Assembly: GCF_009914755.1 (NCBI RefSeq)
Contig: NC_060940.1
Strand: one strand, 5' to 3'
Origin: the human T2T-CHM13v2.0 reference genome, Homo sapiens
Length of the DNA: 64,000 nt
The notes beneath the pieces are model-generated. The model was not told the DNA's origin. It saw only the letters and a program-made list of their open reading frames with translations, and searched no databases. The position numbers were made by a program, and so were the translations under genes. Positions 27,025 through 57,807 of the stretch are shown here, piece after piece; position 1 is the first letter of the stretch, and each line of letters opens with the position of its first letter.

Positions 27025-27915
27025 CCCACTATCCATAAAACTGTCACCATCGCCACCTCCTTTCTCTCTCCCATCTCTGTCGTATGATCCTGTCCCAAGT
27101 GCCTCGGTCTGATGGGATTGGATCCACCCTGGAGCCACTCTGCCTGCAGGTAGGCGGTGGCCTCCACAGCCAGATGGCCCCAGGCCATCTGTGCAGGGAC
27201 CGCTGGGGAAAACACACATCTGGGATCGCTGCTAAGGAACAAAGAAAGCCATAAGCGACTCTGAAATTGACCTAGAGCCCAGCTGTGCTTCAGGGTCACT
27301 GGATCACTGGATGGGAGGCACCATCTTAGGAATGTCTCACCCCCACTCTGCCCCACACCCATGGCCACTTGCACTGGCTCCTTCTTCCTTCTGTTTGACC
27401 TCTTTGAGACCTCCCTCCCAATAGTCCCATGAGGGAGGGAGGCTCAAGTGAATCCTATTTTACAGGTGAGAGAACTCAGGCTTAGAGAAGCAAAGCCATT
27501 TGCCCAAGGTCACACAGCCACTTGCAAGCAACTCTGTCCGGCTCCAATGCTAACTACTCCTCCGTGTGCCTCCATGTGGCTCTGGAGACAGAGCCGCCAG
27601 CAGGAGCCTCCCTTCACATGCCCCGAGAGTGGCCTCCTGCAGAGATATAAAGTGCCTGGCTCGGGGCTGGCCATGAAATAGGTTCAGGAAGACCAGTGAG
27701 CCTCCAGCCTGTCCCCAGCTCTCTCACAGCCCCTGTGCTTGTCATCATGGTGTCCCTTGTTGGCAGGCCTTACTGCCTTCTGAAGACAAACTGCTAGCCG
27801 TGTCCTTGGTCTGCATGTTGAATGCTGGTGTGTATGTCCTGGGTGGCATAAACAGTAGGAGCGTTCGCCCCTCCCCAAGGAGTATGAGTAGGCTTTATTT
27901 TAAAATAAACATCTT

Positions 27916-30447
<2,532 letters not shown>

Positions 30448-30989
30448 TGGTTCATGTGAAAGCACTTTATTTGTATTTACAGTAAGGTGGGAAGTGTCCT
30501 AACTCCCATTTTACAAGCATGGAAATACAGGCACAATGCAAAAAACAAAAAAAAAAATAGAAATGGCTAAATCACAGAGTTTCTTACCTTTACCTCTTCT
30601 GCATTTTCTTGGCTGGAGCTGAATCTTTTTTGGCACATTTATGATTTAGAAAACCATATGGTGAGATTTTGTCTTCTCTTTTGACTTATTGATTTGGGAT
30701 ATCTAGTAAGCCAGAATATGGTTTTTTAAGAATACTAAAACACAGTGTTGGCAAAGATACAGGAATACGTGTACTCTCGTACACTGCTATTAGGCAAGTA
30801 GCAACCAGGGGAAGGATTAAAAAATGATAGGAATTACAGCTTACTTGTAACCCACTTAGCCCTCACCTCCACTCCTTAAGGTAAAGGAAACTTCAAGTCA
30901 GGGAAATTAAGTTGCCAGAGCCACAGAGCTGATGAGCGGCTGAGCCAGGCTTTTGAGCTAAGCCCAGTTGGCTCCAGGACCCGAGCCAC

Positions 30990-31430
30990 TGTATTGGTTA
31001 TCTGCCGCCACGTAACACATACCTCCAGATTTAGCAGATTGGGATCCTATGTTTATTATCTCACAGTTTCTGCGGGTTGGGACTCCAGGGGTGACTTAGC
31101 CAGATCCTCTGGCTCGAGGTCTGTCATGAGGGTGTAATGGAGCTGTCAGCTGGGGCTGTGGTCTCATATGATGGCTCAACTTGGCGGTTGGACGATCTAC
31201 TGGCAGTCCCACTTACGGGGTTGTGGCTGGATTCAGTTCCTTGGATGCTGTCAGCCAGAAGCCACTCTCAGTTCCTTGATACGTGGACCTCTTCACAGAG
31301 CCGCTTACAATGTGGCAACTGCTCCCTCAAAGCAAGAGAGGGTGCCAAAAATGGAAGCCTCAGCCTGCAGCCATACCCACAGCATTTTCCTGCTTCTCCA
31401 TGGTGTCTCCACCAGGTCCCTGTGAGGCCA
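30990..31430. mobile_element. MLT1-type MaLR LTR remnant
   Basis: tctcacagtttctg...gctggggctgtggtctcat pattern recalled from MLT1. Confidence 0.55.
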
Positions 31431-33439
31431 TTAAAGTGACGATAGTTAACGATCTGACATGGTGTTCCCAATGGCATCATTTTATGCCTCCCCAAAATTA
31501 ATAATCTTATGTTGGTAAATAGAATACAGAGAGTGGGAGACCACATCAAAATTGTTATCGCTGGGTAGAAAATTAAATGTGTTTTCTTTTTTCCATGTTG
31601 CTTATTGGTATCTTCCTCAATAAGCATTTTATCACAAAATAAGTGGGGTGGACAGTTGCAGGAGCAGATAAAAAAAATTTTTTAACAGAAAAGCAGAGCA
31701 AACAACTCCAGTTGGACTTGACCTTCGTTCTGGCCAGGCTCATGTACAGAGCTTTGGCTGTTTGGGAACACGACATTCGTTTATCACTCTCGGTCTAAAG
31801 ATCAAGAGAACATTAACAATGTTTGCTAGCTACTGTGTAGTTTGGAGCTAAAAATAGACTCTGGCTTGGCATGGCCATTGAGGGCTGTGAGCCCCAGAGG
31901 GCCAGGCTGGATGGACCATTCACATATTGTGTCTGGTCTTGTGTGTCAATAACATACTCTTGCCTTCTGGATGTGTTATTTTATTCAAGAATGAAAATGC
32001 TTGATCATTCAGTATTAATTCAAACCGGTTTTTTGCATCTTTGTGATCATGATCAAAATTTGCCTTTAGGAGAAGTGTGTTGTTTTGCTGCAAAGGTTTC
32101 ATTCAAAGGCTAGCACTCGATGAAATCAAAGATAGCCTCAGTTCCATTCATAGCTTCTAGGAAACAGGTCAGATGGGCAAATTTCCTGCTAACCACTTGC
32201 TAGCTGTGTGATCTTGGGCAAATTAATTAACCTCTCTGAGCCTCAGCGTCTTCTTCTGTAATGTAAGAATAATAACATTTACCTCATAGGAGTTTGTGAG
32301 AATTAAATGAGATAAGCCATGTAAATTGCTCCAGATGATTCCTGGTTGTTACCCTAAGTGCTCAGTACACACTTGAATCTGCTTCTGTGTCTTCATAGAT
32401 GAGATCCAAGAGAAGGTTTACTTGTCCCTTCAATTTTTGTTCTGTTCTCTTGTGGTGTATTGTTATATGTCATCATTAAGAGAATATTCATTGTAATAGT
32501 ATTTGGTTATTTTCCTTTTTTAAAAATGCCAACATTGAGATATAGAAGGAAAAGCAGAAGTATTGGGATTGCAAGAACCTGGGTTCCAATGCTGACTCTT
32601 CAACTCACTAGCTGTGTGACATCGGGAAAGTCACTTAACATCTCTGATCCTCAACTGTAAACTGTGAACAACAATACTATCTATATGGTTGTATTTAATT
32701 GTGGATTACTTAAAATAGATGGAAGTTTGCCTAAATAGGGCCAGCCTAGCATTTTAGTAAAGACTGAATATGTGTTAATTTCCCCATTCCCCCCCTTTCT
32801 GATAGCGCAGTTGCAAACAAACTTATGGAAAACATGATAGGAACTGATACAGTTCTCGGAACAGACCCATCTGCCTTGGACCTGTCCTCAGCATTCCTGG
32901 CTTGCGCCCCATAGCTCCCAGTTGGCCAGTTCTCACCCTTTCTTCACCACCTCTCCCAGCTCCTGTTTCCCCATGGCCTTGACATGCTCATTATCGCAGT
33001 TCCACTTGATCCCATGCTCTCCAGTCATTTCTCTCTGGATCCATTCAGCCGCAGCTCCCCCTGTGAACTGCTCCCATTCCCAGTATTTCCACACTCCGGT
33101 TCCCAAGAAATCTGATTGCTACAATGCAATGTCAAGACACTTTCTGGAGAAAAGAAAGGAGGACGCGTGTGTCCTCATTTAAGAACAGCTTGCTAATTTC
33201 TGATTTTTCATTTTCCCCCTTTGCTGGAAACAAAGCAAGATCTGCACTGGTGAAGAGCTATTTTTATCAAAATATGCGTCCCTGAAGATCTAGTTGGAAT
33301 CAATGCTGTCCAGTTATCCTGAGTTCTGGCAAAGGAAAAGATAAATAGTTTAGTGTAAAAAACTAGGGCCGGGTACGGTGGCTTATGCCTGTAATCCCAG
33401 CACTTTGGGGGGCCAAGGCGGGTGGATTGCCTGAGCTCA

Positions 33440-33703
<264 letters not shown>

Positions 33704-34096
33704 CTAGCTACGTGGGAGGCTGAGGCAGGAGGATCACTTGAGCCCAGGAGTTCAACGCCAGGCTGGGCAACATAGCGAGACCTCATTTCTTTAAAAAAAA
33801 AAAAAAAAAAAAAAAAGTCATCGATATGTTCTAGGACCTTTAGCTCTCTTCTAATGGAATACTTTTAGGAATTCCCTTTTTCAGATCAAAGAGAAGAAAA
33901 TAAAAGCTGTTTTTCTTCATCCTTATATAAGTATAGTGCTGTATTTTAACGGTACTTTATGTTCAAAAGACAGCATGATGTTACATAATTAATTCAGAAA
34001 CCTTCTTTGATAACCAAAGCAATTATGGAAAATTAAGAGTGATTTTAAATATGTTTCAAAATCTCATAGCTTTGTATAGTTCGACAAGCTATCTGC

Positions 34097-34205
34097 ATGT
34101 GTGTCTCTGTGTGTGTGTGTGTGTGTCTGTGTGTGTCACGGGAGATCTTGGCACATTTCTTAACTTCTCTGAGCTTTAGAGTCCCCTCTTGTGTAATGGA
34201 AACAG

Positions 34206-34255
<50 letters not shown>

Positions 34256-34548
34256 TTTATAATATATTATATAATATATATTTTAGTTATAATGTATTAT
34301 ATAATATATATTTTAGTTATAGTATATAATATGTATTTTAGTTATAATATATTATGTAATATATATTTTAGTTTTAATATATAATATATTTTAGTTGTAA
34401 TATATAATATATATTTTAGTTATATGATATATATTTTAGTTATAATATATATATATTTTAGTTATAATATGTTATATATTTTAGTGATATATATTTTAGT
34501 TAAATATATGTAGTTATATAATATATATTTTTGTTTATTATATATATG
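34097..34548. repeat. (TG)n, then (TA)~20 and an AT-rich minisatellite (about 10 TTTTAGT-anchored units)
   Basis: Direct inspection. Confidence 0.9.
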
Positions 34549-34930
34549 AAGATGAAATTAGATTATTTATGTAATTTATATAAAGTGTCCACTGATTCCC
34601 TAGTTTGGTACAATTATGGCAACCCCAGTAAGAGGAACTAACATTTCCCAACCACCAAATAGTACCAGGAAGGTGAAAGATCAAGAGTAACACTGAAGGG
34701 ATTTCTAGGGGTTCCTGACAGTAAACCCTCACACACTTGTCTTGGATACACCGCACCTGTCTTTCACTCAGGGATCAGCAAGGCTTGGGCTTGAGCTACC
34801 CTTTGTGTTTCAGCAACATGTAGAGCTAAAAAGATTGTGGGATTCACCCGGGAAATCAAACACCCTCTGTAAACTCATTACACATTATGTGGAAAATGTG
34901 AAATGCATTCAAACAAATGATGGGTGACCA

Positions 34931-35743
<813 letters not shown>

Positions 35744-35922
35744 TTAGCTGACCTCCGGTGCTGGACATGTAGGTTGTTTTCCCTTTGTTTTTTGTTTGTT
35801 TGTTGGGACAGTGTCTCACTCTGTTGCCCAGGCTGAAGTGCTGTAATCATGGCTCACTGCAGCCTCAACCTCTCAGGCTGAAGCAATCCTCCCACCTCAG
35901 CCTCCCAAGTAGCTGGAACTAA

Positions 35923-36156
<234 letters not shown>

Positions 36157-36218
36157 TAGGATGAATCATAAAAACGAGATTACTCAGTTGAAAGCAATAG
36201 AAAGCTGGCATCAGATCA

Positions 36219-36386
<168 letters not shown>

Positions 36387-36799
36387 TCAGGAGGCTGAGG
36401 CAGAAGGATCAACTGAGCCTTTGGAGGTCAGGGGTGCAGTGAGCCTTGTTGGGGCCAATGCACTCCAGCCTGGGCAATAGAGCAAGACTCTGTCTCAAAA
36501 AAAAATGAATAAATAAATACAAAGAAAGCTGGCATCAGCTTGTACTCATGCCAGTAAAACAGGAGCATGCCTATTTGCCTACAACTTTGCTGACACTGGG
36601 TTTTCCCTTTTTTAAAATCTACAGTGTCCTTGTGGTGGCCCAGTTGGTCTGTCCAGACACAGTGTTCTGGGGTGGTCTGGCTGGGATGAGGCTAAGGTCC
36701 TGGCACTACCTCTGTTAGGGACATTGGGCATCTGTCAGGGCAGAATCCTCATGATCTCTGCTGTCACCAGGGATTTCTCATTGTCTTTGTTTACTGCAG

Positions 36800-36897
36800 G
36801 ATCCAGACACATTAGTCAAGCTGCAGCCAAAGTCGACGTTGAATTTGATTATGATGGGCCTCTGATGAAGACGGAAGTCCCAGGGCCTAGATCTCAG
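36800..36897 (+). CDS. ABAT: ABAT exon 3 (c.71-168) [33 protein letters not shown]
   Basis: ttactgcag| ... CAG|gtgagt; 98 nt, phase 1 to 0. Confidence 0.97.
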
Positions 36898-37070
36898 GTG
36901 AGTTGAGCACACCTGAGTGGGGTATTTTGGAAAAGGGAAAAAGGCGCCTAAGAAGCAAAAGCACAGCCAAGCTTAGGGACCTGTATTGATTGTCAGCTGC
37001 TTTCAGAGAGTTCACCACCAGAGATCTGAGATACTCAATTAGGCCATTTTGCCATACAAAGCCAAAGAAG

Positions 37071-37528
37071 GGCTGGGCGCGGTGGCTGACGCTGTAATCC
37101 CAACACTTTGAGAGGTTGAGGCGGGCGGATCACTTGAGGTCAGGAGTTCAAGACCAGCCTGGCCAACATACTGAAACCCTGTCTGTACTCAAAATACAAA
37201 AATTAGCCAGGAGTGATGGCGGTTGCCTGTAGTCCCAGCTACTCTGGAGGGTGAGGCAAGGGAATCACTTGAATCTGGGAGGCAGAGGTTGCAGTGAGCC
37301 TCCTGAGTAGCTGGGATTTTAGGCACGCACCACCACGCCTGGCTAATTTTGGTATTTTGAGTAGAGACAGGGTTTCACTATGTTGGCCAGGCTGGTCTTG
37401 AAGTCCTGACCTCAAGTGATCCACCCGCGTCAACCTCTCAAAGTGTTGGGATTACAGGCGAGATGGTGCCTCTGCACTCCAACCTGGGCAGCAGAGCAAG
37501 ACTCTGTCTCAAAAAAAAAAAAGAAAAA
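37071..37528 (+). mobile_element. Alu containing an internal inverted duplication of itself (37301-37460)
   Basis: The insert is the reverse complement of ~37091-37250 and shares private variants. Confidence 0.88.
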
Positions 37529-37556
37529 GAAGCCAACGAGGGCATCACAGAGGAGA

Positions 37557-38035
37557 TGTATCAGTTTTCTCCTACCACAGTAATGCTTCATAACAAACAG
37601 CCACAAAAATCCCACTAGCATAGAGCAAGCCAATTGCTCGTGCATTTAAGGTTCATTGGGAGTTGGGTAGACAGCTCTGTTGGGCAGACAGCTCTGTTGG
37701 GCTCACCTCCATGCCTGGGGGACAGCTGGCTGTTGGTTGATCTAGGTTAGGCGTGGCTTGAATCACTGCAGTGATTTGGTTCTGCTCCATGTGTCTGCCA
37801 TGCTCCAGAAGGCTAGATGGGGCTTGTCCTCATGGCAATGGCAAAGGTGTACAAAAGCAAGAGGAGAACATGCTATAGTTCTGCTGAGGCCTGGGTTCCG
37901 CATGGGTCCGCCATCACTGCTGCCTCCTTCTGCTGGCCAAAGCCAGTCATAGCTTGCCTTAAGTCCAGAGTCAAGGGCTGGGGTACAACATCCAAACAAC
38001 AGTGAAAGAACATGGCAATGTTACATGGCACAGGG
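37557..38035. mobile_element. MLT1-type MaLR LTR remnant
   Basis: tgtatcagtttt...cataacaaac...ggccaaagccagtcat...catggca pattern. Confidence 0.55.
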
Positions 38036-38052
38036 CTCAGAGATCAAATGCC

Positions 38053-38817
38053 CACCTTTCTAATGCAAATTTATTTTTTCTTTGCACATTTTGCATATTT
38101 TGTCCATAATGTCTTTTTTTTACTGTCAAAACATACTTCTTTTGTCATTGCAACTATTTTATAAATCCAGAAATCTTTGTACTAATATAAGTGATTGTAG
38201 TTATTTTGGATAGTGTTTTGCTAACAAAACGGGAGACATTTTAAATGCATATTTCTATTGGGGAGATAGATTTTAATCTAGTAGTAGTAAAATTCTTGGA
38301 ATACTTTTTCATATTCTTGTCATGAATATTATCCTGTATTTTTATTGGAAATATATAATTTTATGACACTAACTGCTAACATCTATTTTATATTGAATTA
38401 CTTTTGGAATTGAAATCTTTGTAATATCAAAGCGGCTAGTTTCTAATTCCCTGTTTCTGTATAGGATAAAGTACAAGTGGTTTATGGAGTGTTTGGATTA
38501 TAATTATAAATGGTTCTTTGATATGCAAGTTAATATTTTCAGTTATTTATATTCTTAATGAAGTGTTAACACCTTTTTTCCCCTAAATAACAGAGAATCT
38601 GTTTTTATGGACACTAGATAAACACCTTCAGCTTAAGATTTTCTTGCTAAATATTTTAGTTTATTTTATCTTTCAGGTGGCTGAATTTCCAGCCTGTCTA
38701 TCGTACTAGTAATTTAAGCGTGTAATGGAATAGTTTCCTGCCAACTATTTATATCAAGTAATTTTAAAGTAATATGGTTGACTAATAAAATATTTAGTTA
38801 TTGGCAAAAGAAAAAAA
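38053..38817 (+). pseudogene. Putative processed (retroposed) 3'UTR fragment of an unidentified gene
   Basis: AT-rich stretch not resembling any repeat I recognise; AATAAA 38784-38789; A-tail remnant 38806-38817; possible TSD AAATGCC (38046-38052, 38815-38821). Confidence 0.55.
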
Positions 38818-38906
38818 TGCCAAGACTTGGGAAAACATGAAAGATTTTAAGCTATTTTGGCAAGAGTGTGGACTTGCTATAATGCTTTTGTTGTTCTTGC
38901 CTGCAG

Positions 38907-38936
38907 GAGTTAATGAAACAGCTGAATATAATTCAG
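38907..38936 (+). CDS. ABAT: ABAT exon 4 (c.169-198) ELMKQLNIIQ, 30-nt exon
   Basis: cttgcctgcag| ... CAG|gtaagt; too short for the ORF track but required by the protein sequence. Confidence 0.95.
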
Positions 38937-39059
38937 GTAAGTGAGGAGGAGGTAACTTTCCTTCTGTTGCTTCTTTATCACAATTGAGCTAAAAGACAGA
39001 TGCTTAATCTGTTCTGGCTCTTTTTTAAAAAAAATGTAGTTGACTTTTGTTCTAAACAT

Positions 39060-40960
<1,901 letters not shown>

Positions 40961-41169
40961 TTGTATCTCTTTTTTTGTTCTGATGTATAAAACACATACA
41001 GAAAAATAATTCATAAAAAATAAAATCACAGCTTACTGAACTATTATAAAGCAAACCACCCATGCACTTAGCCAAAACAAGAAATACATTGCTGGCACCC
41101 ACAGATGCCTCTGTGTGTCCACAGATAGTCACGATATGGTGTACTTCACTGATTCAAGCTTAATCCTAA

Positions 41170-41373
<204 letters not shown>

Positions 41374-41747
41374 TAACCTCTGTTTCTGTCTCTCCTAGTC
41401 GTGGCTATCCAGGTATTAGGATGTGGCTTCCAGCAGGCACATCCCAGAGTGTTGCCTGACACTTCACCCAAGGGTAGGAAAAAAATAAATAATGTGTAAA
41501 GGGTATATTATTAGACATATTATATGTCCTCTCTCATCTACTCCTTCCCCAAATTCCACAGGGTAAGTATGTATTAATATCCCCATTTTGCAGATAGGTA
41601 AACAAAGCATAGAAAGGTTTGGTACCTTGCGTAGGAATCATAGCTAGAATGCAAACCCATCTGTGTGACCACAGTGGCACCCAGGTAGGTGTCTTAGGTT
41701 GAGTTTCCTCGAAGAAGAGCCTGAGGTGGGGATTTCCTTTTTCCCTG

Positions 41748-48582
<6,835 letters not shown>

Positions 48583-49189
48583 GTAGGTCTTGGGGTTACA
48601 CAGAAGAAAGACAAAATATGTTCATGGCCATTCACAGAATCACTGGGCAGACTTTGGCAATAGTCCTTTCATTCATTCATTCATTCCATAAATATGTATT
48701 GAGCCCATACTATGTGCCAGGTATGTGGCATGCCTTGATGAATGAAAACGCAGTGCCGACATTCCCACGGAGGCAGTCAATTAACCACACACATGAATAG
48801 AGAATTGCAACAATATTAAGTGCTACAGAGTAAGGTAGGCAGCGCTTTGTGGGCATAAAAGAATGATGCTAATAGTTAATGTTTATGGAGAGCATAATTT
48901 GTACCAAACACTGTGTTCAGCACTTTATAGCGACAATATTGACAAGTCTGTGAAGCAGGTACTTTTGTTATCCCCATTTTTCAGATGCAGAAACTGAGGC
49001 ACAGAGTGGTTAAGTATTTGCCCGAGGTCACACAGCTAGTGGAGGCGCTGAGAATAAACCCACAGGAGCTGAGCTATTTGGGGATGGAGAGGGTGGGTGT
49101 CAGGGAGGCTTCCCAGGGAAATGACTTTTCAGCTGAGATCTGAAGGAGAGGAAGGTCTGGCAGGCCACGAGTCGGGAGGAATGGTCTCA

Positions 49190-51885
<2,696 letters not shown>

Positions 51886-52673
51886 ATATCCCAGAAAACA
51901 AAGGCCCAGGGATTCTGATTTCAGGGACAGTACTACCCTGTCCCTGCCAGGAGCTTCCCCCACCTTCCCTATCCCCCCATCACCTTTCACCTCTCTCCCC
52001 CCTCTCACCTCGTCAGGGACTGGTCCTAACCCTCACATCTCCCACTTGGCTTTCTGCCAGCAACCTCTCCCCATCGATCCCTCCCACCTCCCTTCTCATC
52101 CCTTCCAAACCGTCCACCAAACTGTGCCGCGTGTGGAACCCTTCCCTGGTACTTACTGCCTTCCGGCTGTGTCCCAATCTCCTCCACCTCAAATGCTAAG
52201 CCCTTGGAGGGCTGCCTCCCACTTTCTTCTTTAGCCTTATTACTTGACATTTGCTCATTCATTGGTTATTGACTGAATGCTTCCAATGTGCCAAGCACTC
52301 TTTTTGGTGCTGGGATTTGATGGTGAATCCACGTTCTCCGTCCCAGTCTGGGTTGGGTTGTTCTGCAGAGGAACTGGGTTTGAGGCCTGATGAAAAGAGC
52401 ACCCTGACGCAGTCTTAGAGAGGTGGCAGCTGACCTCCACGGGCTAAAAGGTTTCCAGCAGGACATGCCCAGGGCAGTAGGCCGGGGCACCACTGGCTGA
52501 CATCTTGGGTCTTCCGCATTTTTGGCTGGAGATGCACTCAGGTGGTGGCAATGGTATTCTGCTTGTACAGGGCAGGTTCCTGCCAGGTCACCAAAGTCCC
52601 AAGAAGGGGTTTATCAACCTTTTTGCACCCAAACCAAACCACCCTGAAACTCCACCATAATTACTTCATGTGA

Positions 52674-53051
<378 letters not shown>

Positions 53052-53573
53052 TAGCACAGCAGGCCTGACCAAGTAAGACACCTGCCATCCTATGACCTGT
53101 GGGTCTTTCCCTCTGCATAACTCTTCCTTTGAGACTGAACTCCTGCATCCTCTGTATGCCATATCATCTCACTGGCTTCTTACAAGCACCTAGTGAAGAG
53201 TCTCCAGTTTGGCAGATGAGAAACCCAAAGCTCAGAGAGGTTAAGTGAGTTGCCCAAGGTTGCACAGCCACTTAAGCCAAAGCCAATTATCTTCATGCTG
53301 TACCCTAAGCCTGTTGAGCTGACTGCAAGGGTTTAGAAAGCTATCCTCATTTGATCCTGATACCCAATGTCCCAGATATCTTCTGTTCTTAATGTCACGC
53401 TTTCTCGAGCAAGAACATCACCCCCACGTCGTTCCTAGACCCAGACGGCTGTCAAGCTGCCAGCCAGCCCTACCCTTCTGGGAGCCATTTCCCTGCTGCT
53501 AGTGAGGGCCAGCTTGCTTCCACCCTATTCTCATGATGTGATTTCTTAGGAGCCCCACTAACAGGTCAGAGCC

Positions 53574-53962
<389 letters not shown>

Positions 53963-54847
53963 CTACCTGGAGTATCTGACAGAGAGTGGCATCTAAAGTC
54001 AGTAAACCTAGATCCGAGTTGTGGTTCTGCCCCTTCTTGGCTGTGTGACTTGGGGCAAGTTGCTTGACCTCTCTGGTCCTCAGTTCCCCCAACTCTACAA
54101 TGAGGACAATTAACTTCCCTCACTACTTATCCTAGACCCAACTGAGTGATCGTGAAGCAGAAAAAGCAAGAGGTAGGAATCTGCCAGTTTCTAGCAGCAC
54201 AAGTCAAGTCCTAAAGCTACTGGGAGAATCATCTCTGGGAACCCCTCTGCCCTTAGGGTGTCCTATACAGTGATGCTGGTTTTTGGATTTGCACTGAGTG
54301 CATTACACTGATTTTGCCCAAGACACTCTTTCTCTACTCCAAAAGTCCCTTTTTGTATTTTTAGCAGAGAAAAGCTTTCACCACGTTGGCCAGGCTGGTC
54401 TCGAACTCCTGGCCTCAAGCAATCCATCCGCCTCGGCCTCCCAAAATGCAGGGATTATAGGCGTGAGGCACTGCACTCTGCCTGTTTTTTAGCCATTCTG
54501 ATGGTTAAATATATAAAGAAAGAGACTCACGGGAAGTTGCAAAAACCAGTACAAAGAGCCCCATGTACGCTTCGCTCAGTTTTCCCCAGCGGCAGTAGCA
54601 TCCTATATAACGCCAATGCAATATGGCTACCAGGACACTGACCCTTTTTTAAAACATCCACAGCAATCCTGGTGGATTTCTCTAAAGGTTTAAGGAAACC
54701 GGCCATGCCCCACGCTGACAGAACGTCATCATCCTGCAACCCCATTTGGAGGCTATTTGAACACAGGGGCTATGAAAAGCACCATTTGTGGGCAGGGAGC
54801 TGGGTCAGGCCCCCAGAAGTCACCATTTGTCTCTTGCCCTTTTGCAG

Positions 54848-54928
54848 AGCATGTTTGTCAACAGACCCGCCCTCGGAATCCTGCCTCCGGAGAACTTTGT
54901 GGAGAAGCTCCGGCAGTCCTTGCTCTCG
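54848..54928 (+). CDS. ABAT: ABAT exon 7 (c.367-447) [27 protein letters not shown]
   Basis: ttttgcag| ... TCG|gtgagt; 81 nt, phase 0-0. Confidence 0.97.
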
Positions 54929-55153
54929 GTGAGTTCTGGAGAAGCAATCCCATTGTCTTCAGACGTGGTACTGGCAGGGGAAGGGAAAAGTGGAGACGCC
55001 AACAATGAAGAATAAGGTGTTGCTACAGAAATCTTTCTCTCTGAGCTTATTCTTCCATGCAGAGTATTTTAAATTTTTCTTTTAAAGGACAGAAGGGATT
55101 CTTTGTGTGCAGGACAAAAGGAGCTGGGGAAATGAATATGTGTCGCATGATAG

Positions 55154-55681
<528 letters not shown>

Positions 55682-56129
55682 TGACTGTTCATTCCAATGG
55701 GCTGGAGTATTAGACATCAGTACCAGGGTTAAAATACAGGGAGGGCCACTGCTGGATGGTACTTTGAGACGGCACAGTGGGGTATGGTGCAGAGGGCTGA
55801 GGCTTTGGCATCAAAACTATGCAATGGGGGCTGGGCGCAGTCGTTCACACCTGTAATCCCAACACTCTGAGAGGCAAAGGCGGGCAGATCACTTGAGCCC
55901 AGGAGCTCGAGACCAGCCTGGGCAACATGACGAAACCCCATCTCTACTAAAAAAAAATTCAAAAATTGGCCAGGCATGGTGACGCATGCCTGTAGTCCCA
56001 ACTATTCTGGAGGCTGAGGTGGAAGGATTGCTTGAGCCTGGGAGGTCAAGGCTGCAGTGAGCCATGGTTGTGCCACTGCATTTCAGCCTGGGTGACAGAG
56101 TAAGACCCTGTCTCAAAAAAAAAAAAAGA

Positions 56130-56529
<400 letters not shown>

Positions 56530-56986
56530 CTAGGTTATTTTATTTAAATATTTAAATTTAAATTTATTTAAATATTCTAAATTGCAGAGACAGAGTCCCA
56601 CTTTGTTGCCCAGCATGGTCTCAAACTCTTGGCCTCAAGCAATCCTCCTGTCTTAGCCACCCAAAGTACTAGGATTACAGATTTGAGCCCGCACATCTGG
56701 CCTCCATTCTTCCTGGCAAAACATGCAACGCTCTCAGCAGATCTTAATCCAACAGATCTTAATCGTTGCTGATGGTGCTTAATGCATTATGTGTGTTAGT
56801 TTCTTTTGTTGCGAGCACAGTTGGTAGCCTCACGTTTCAGTACAGACCTGCAACAATTAATACATGAGATCCACTCCTGAGAAAGCACTTTCTACTTGTC
56901 TGGACTGAATATCGGTTTGGTTGGAAAGATGAAGCCCCGACTACCCCAGAGCATCTCTGAGATTTTGTTCTGTTCTATTGTTTCAG

Positions 56987-57807
<821 letters not shown>

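Noticed and set aside
37669-37703. Tandem 17-mer agacagctctgttgggc x2 (similar cagatcttaatc x2 near 56740)
   Set aside because: Ordinary slippage micro-duplications.
38907-38936. Exon 4 as a neural SRRM4-type microexon (UGC motifs near the acceptor)
   Set aside because: 30 nt, strong splice sites and part of the canonical enzyme; nothing in the sequence indicates regulation.
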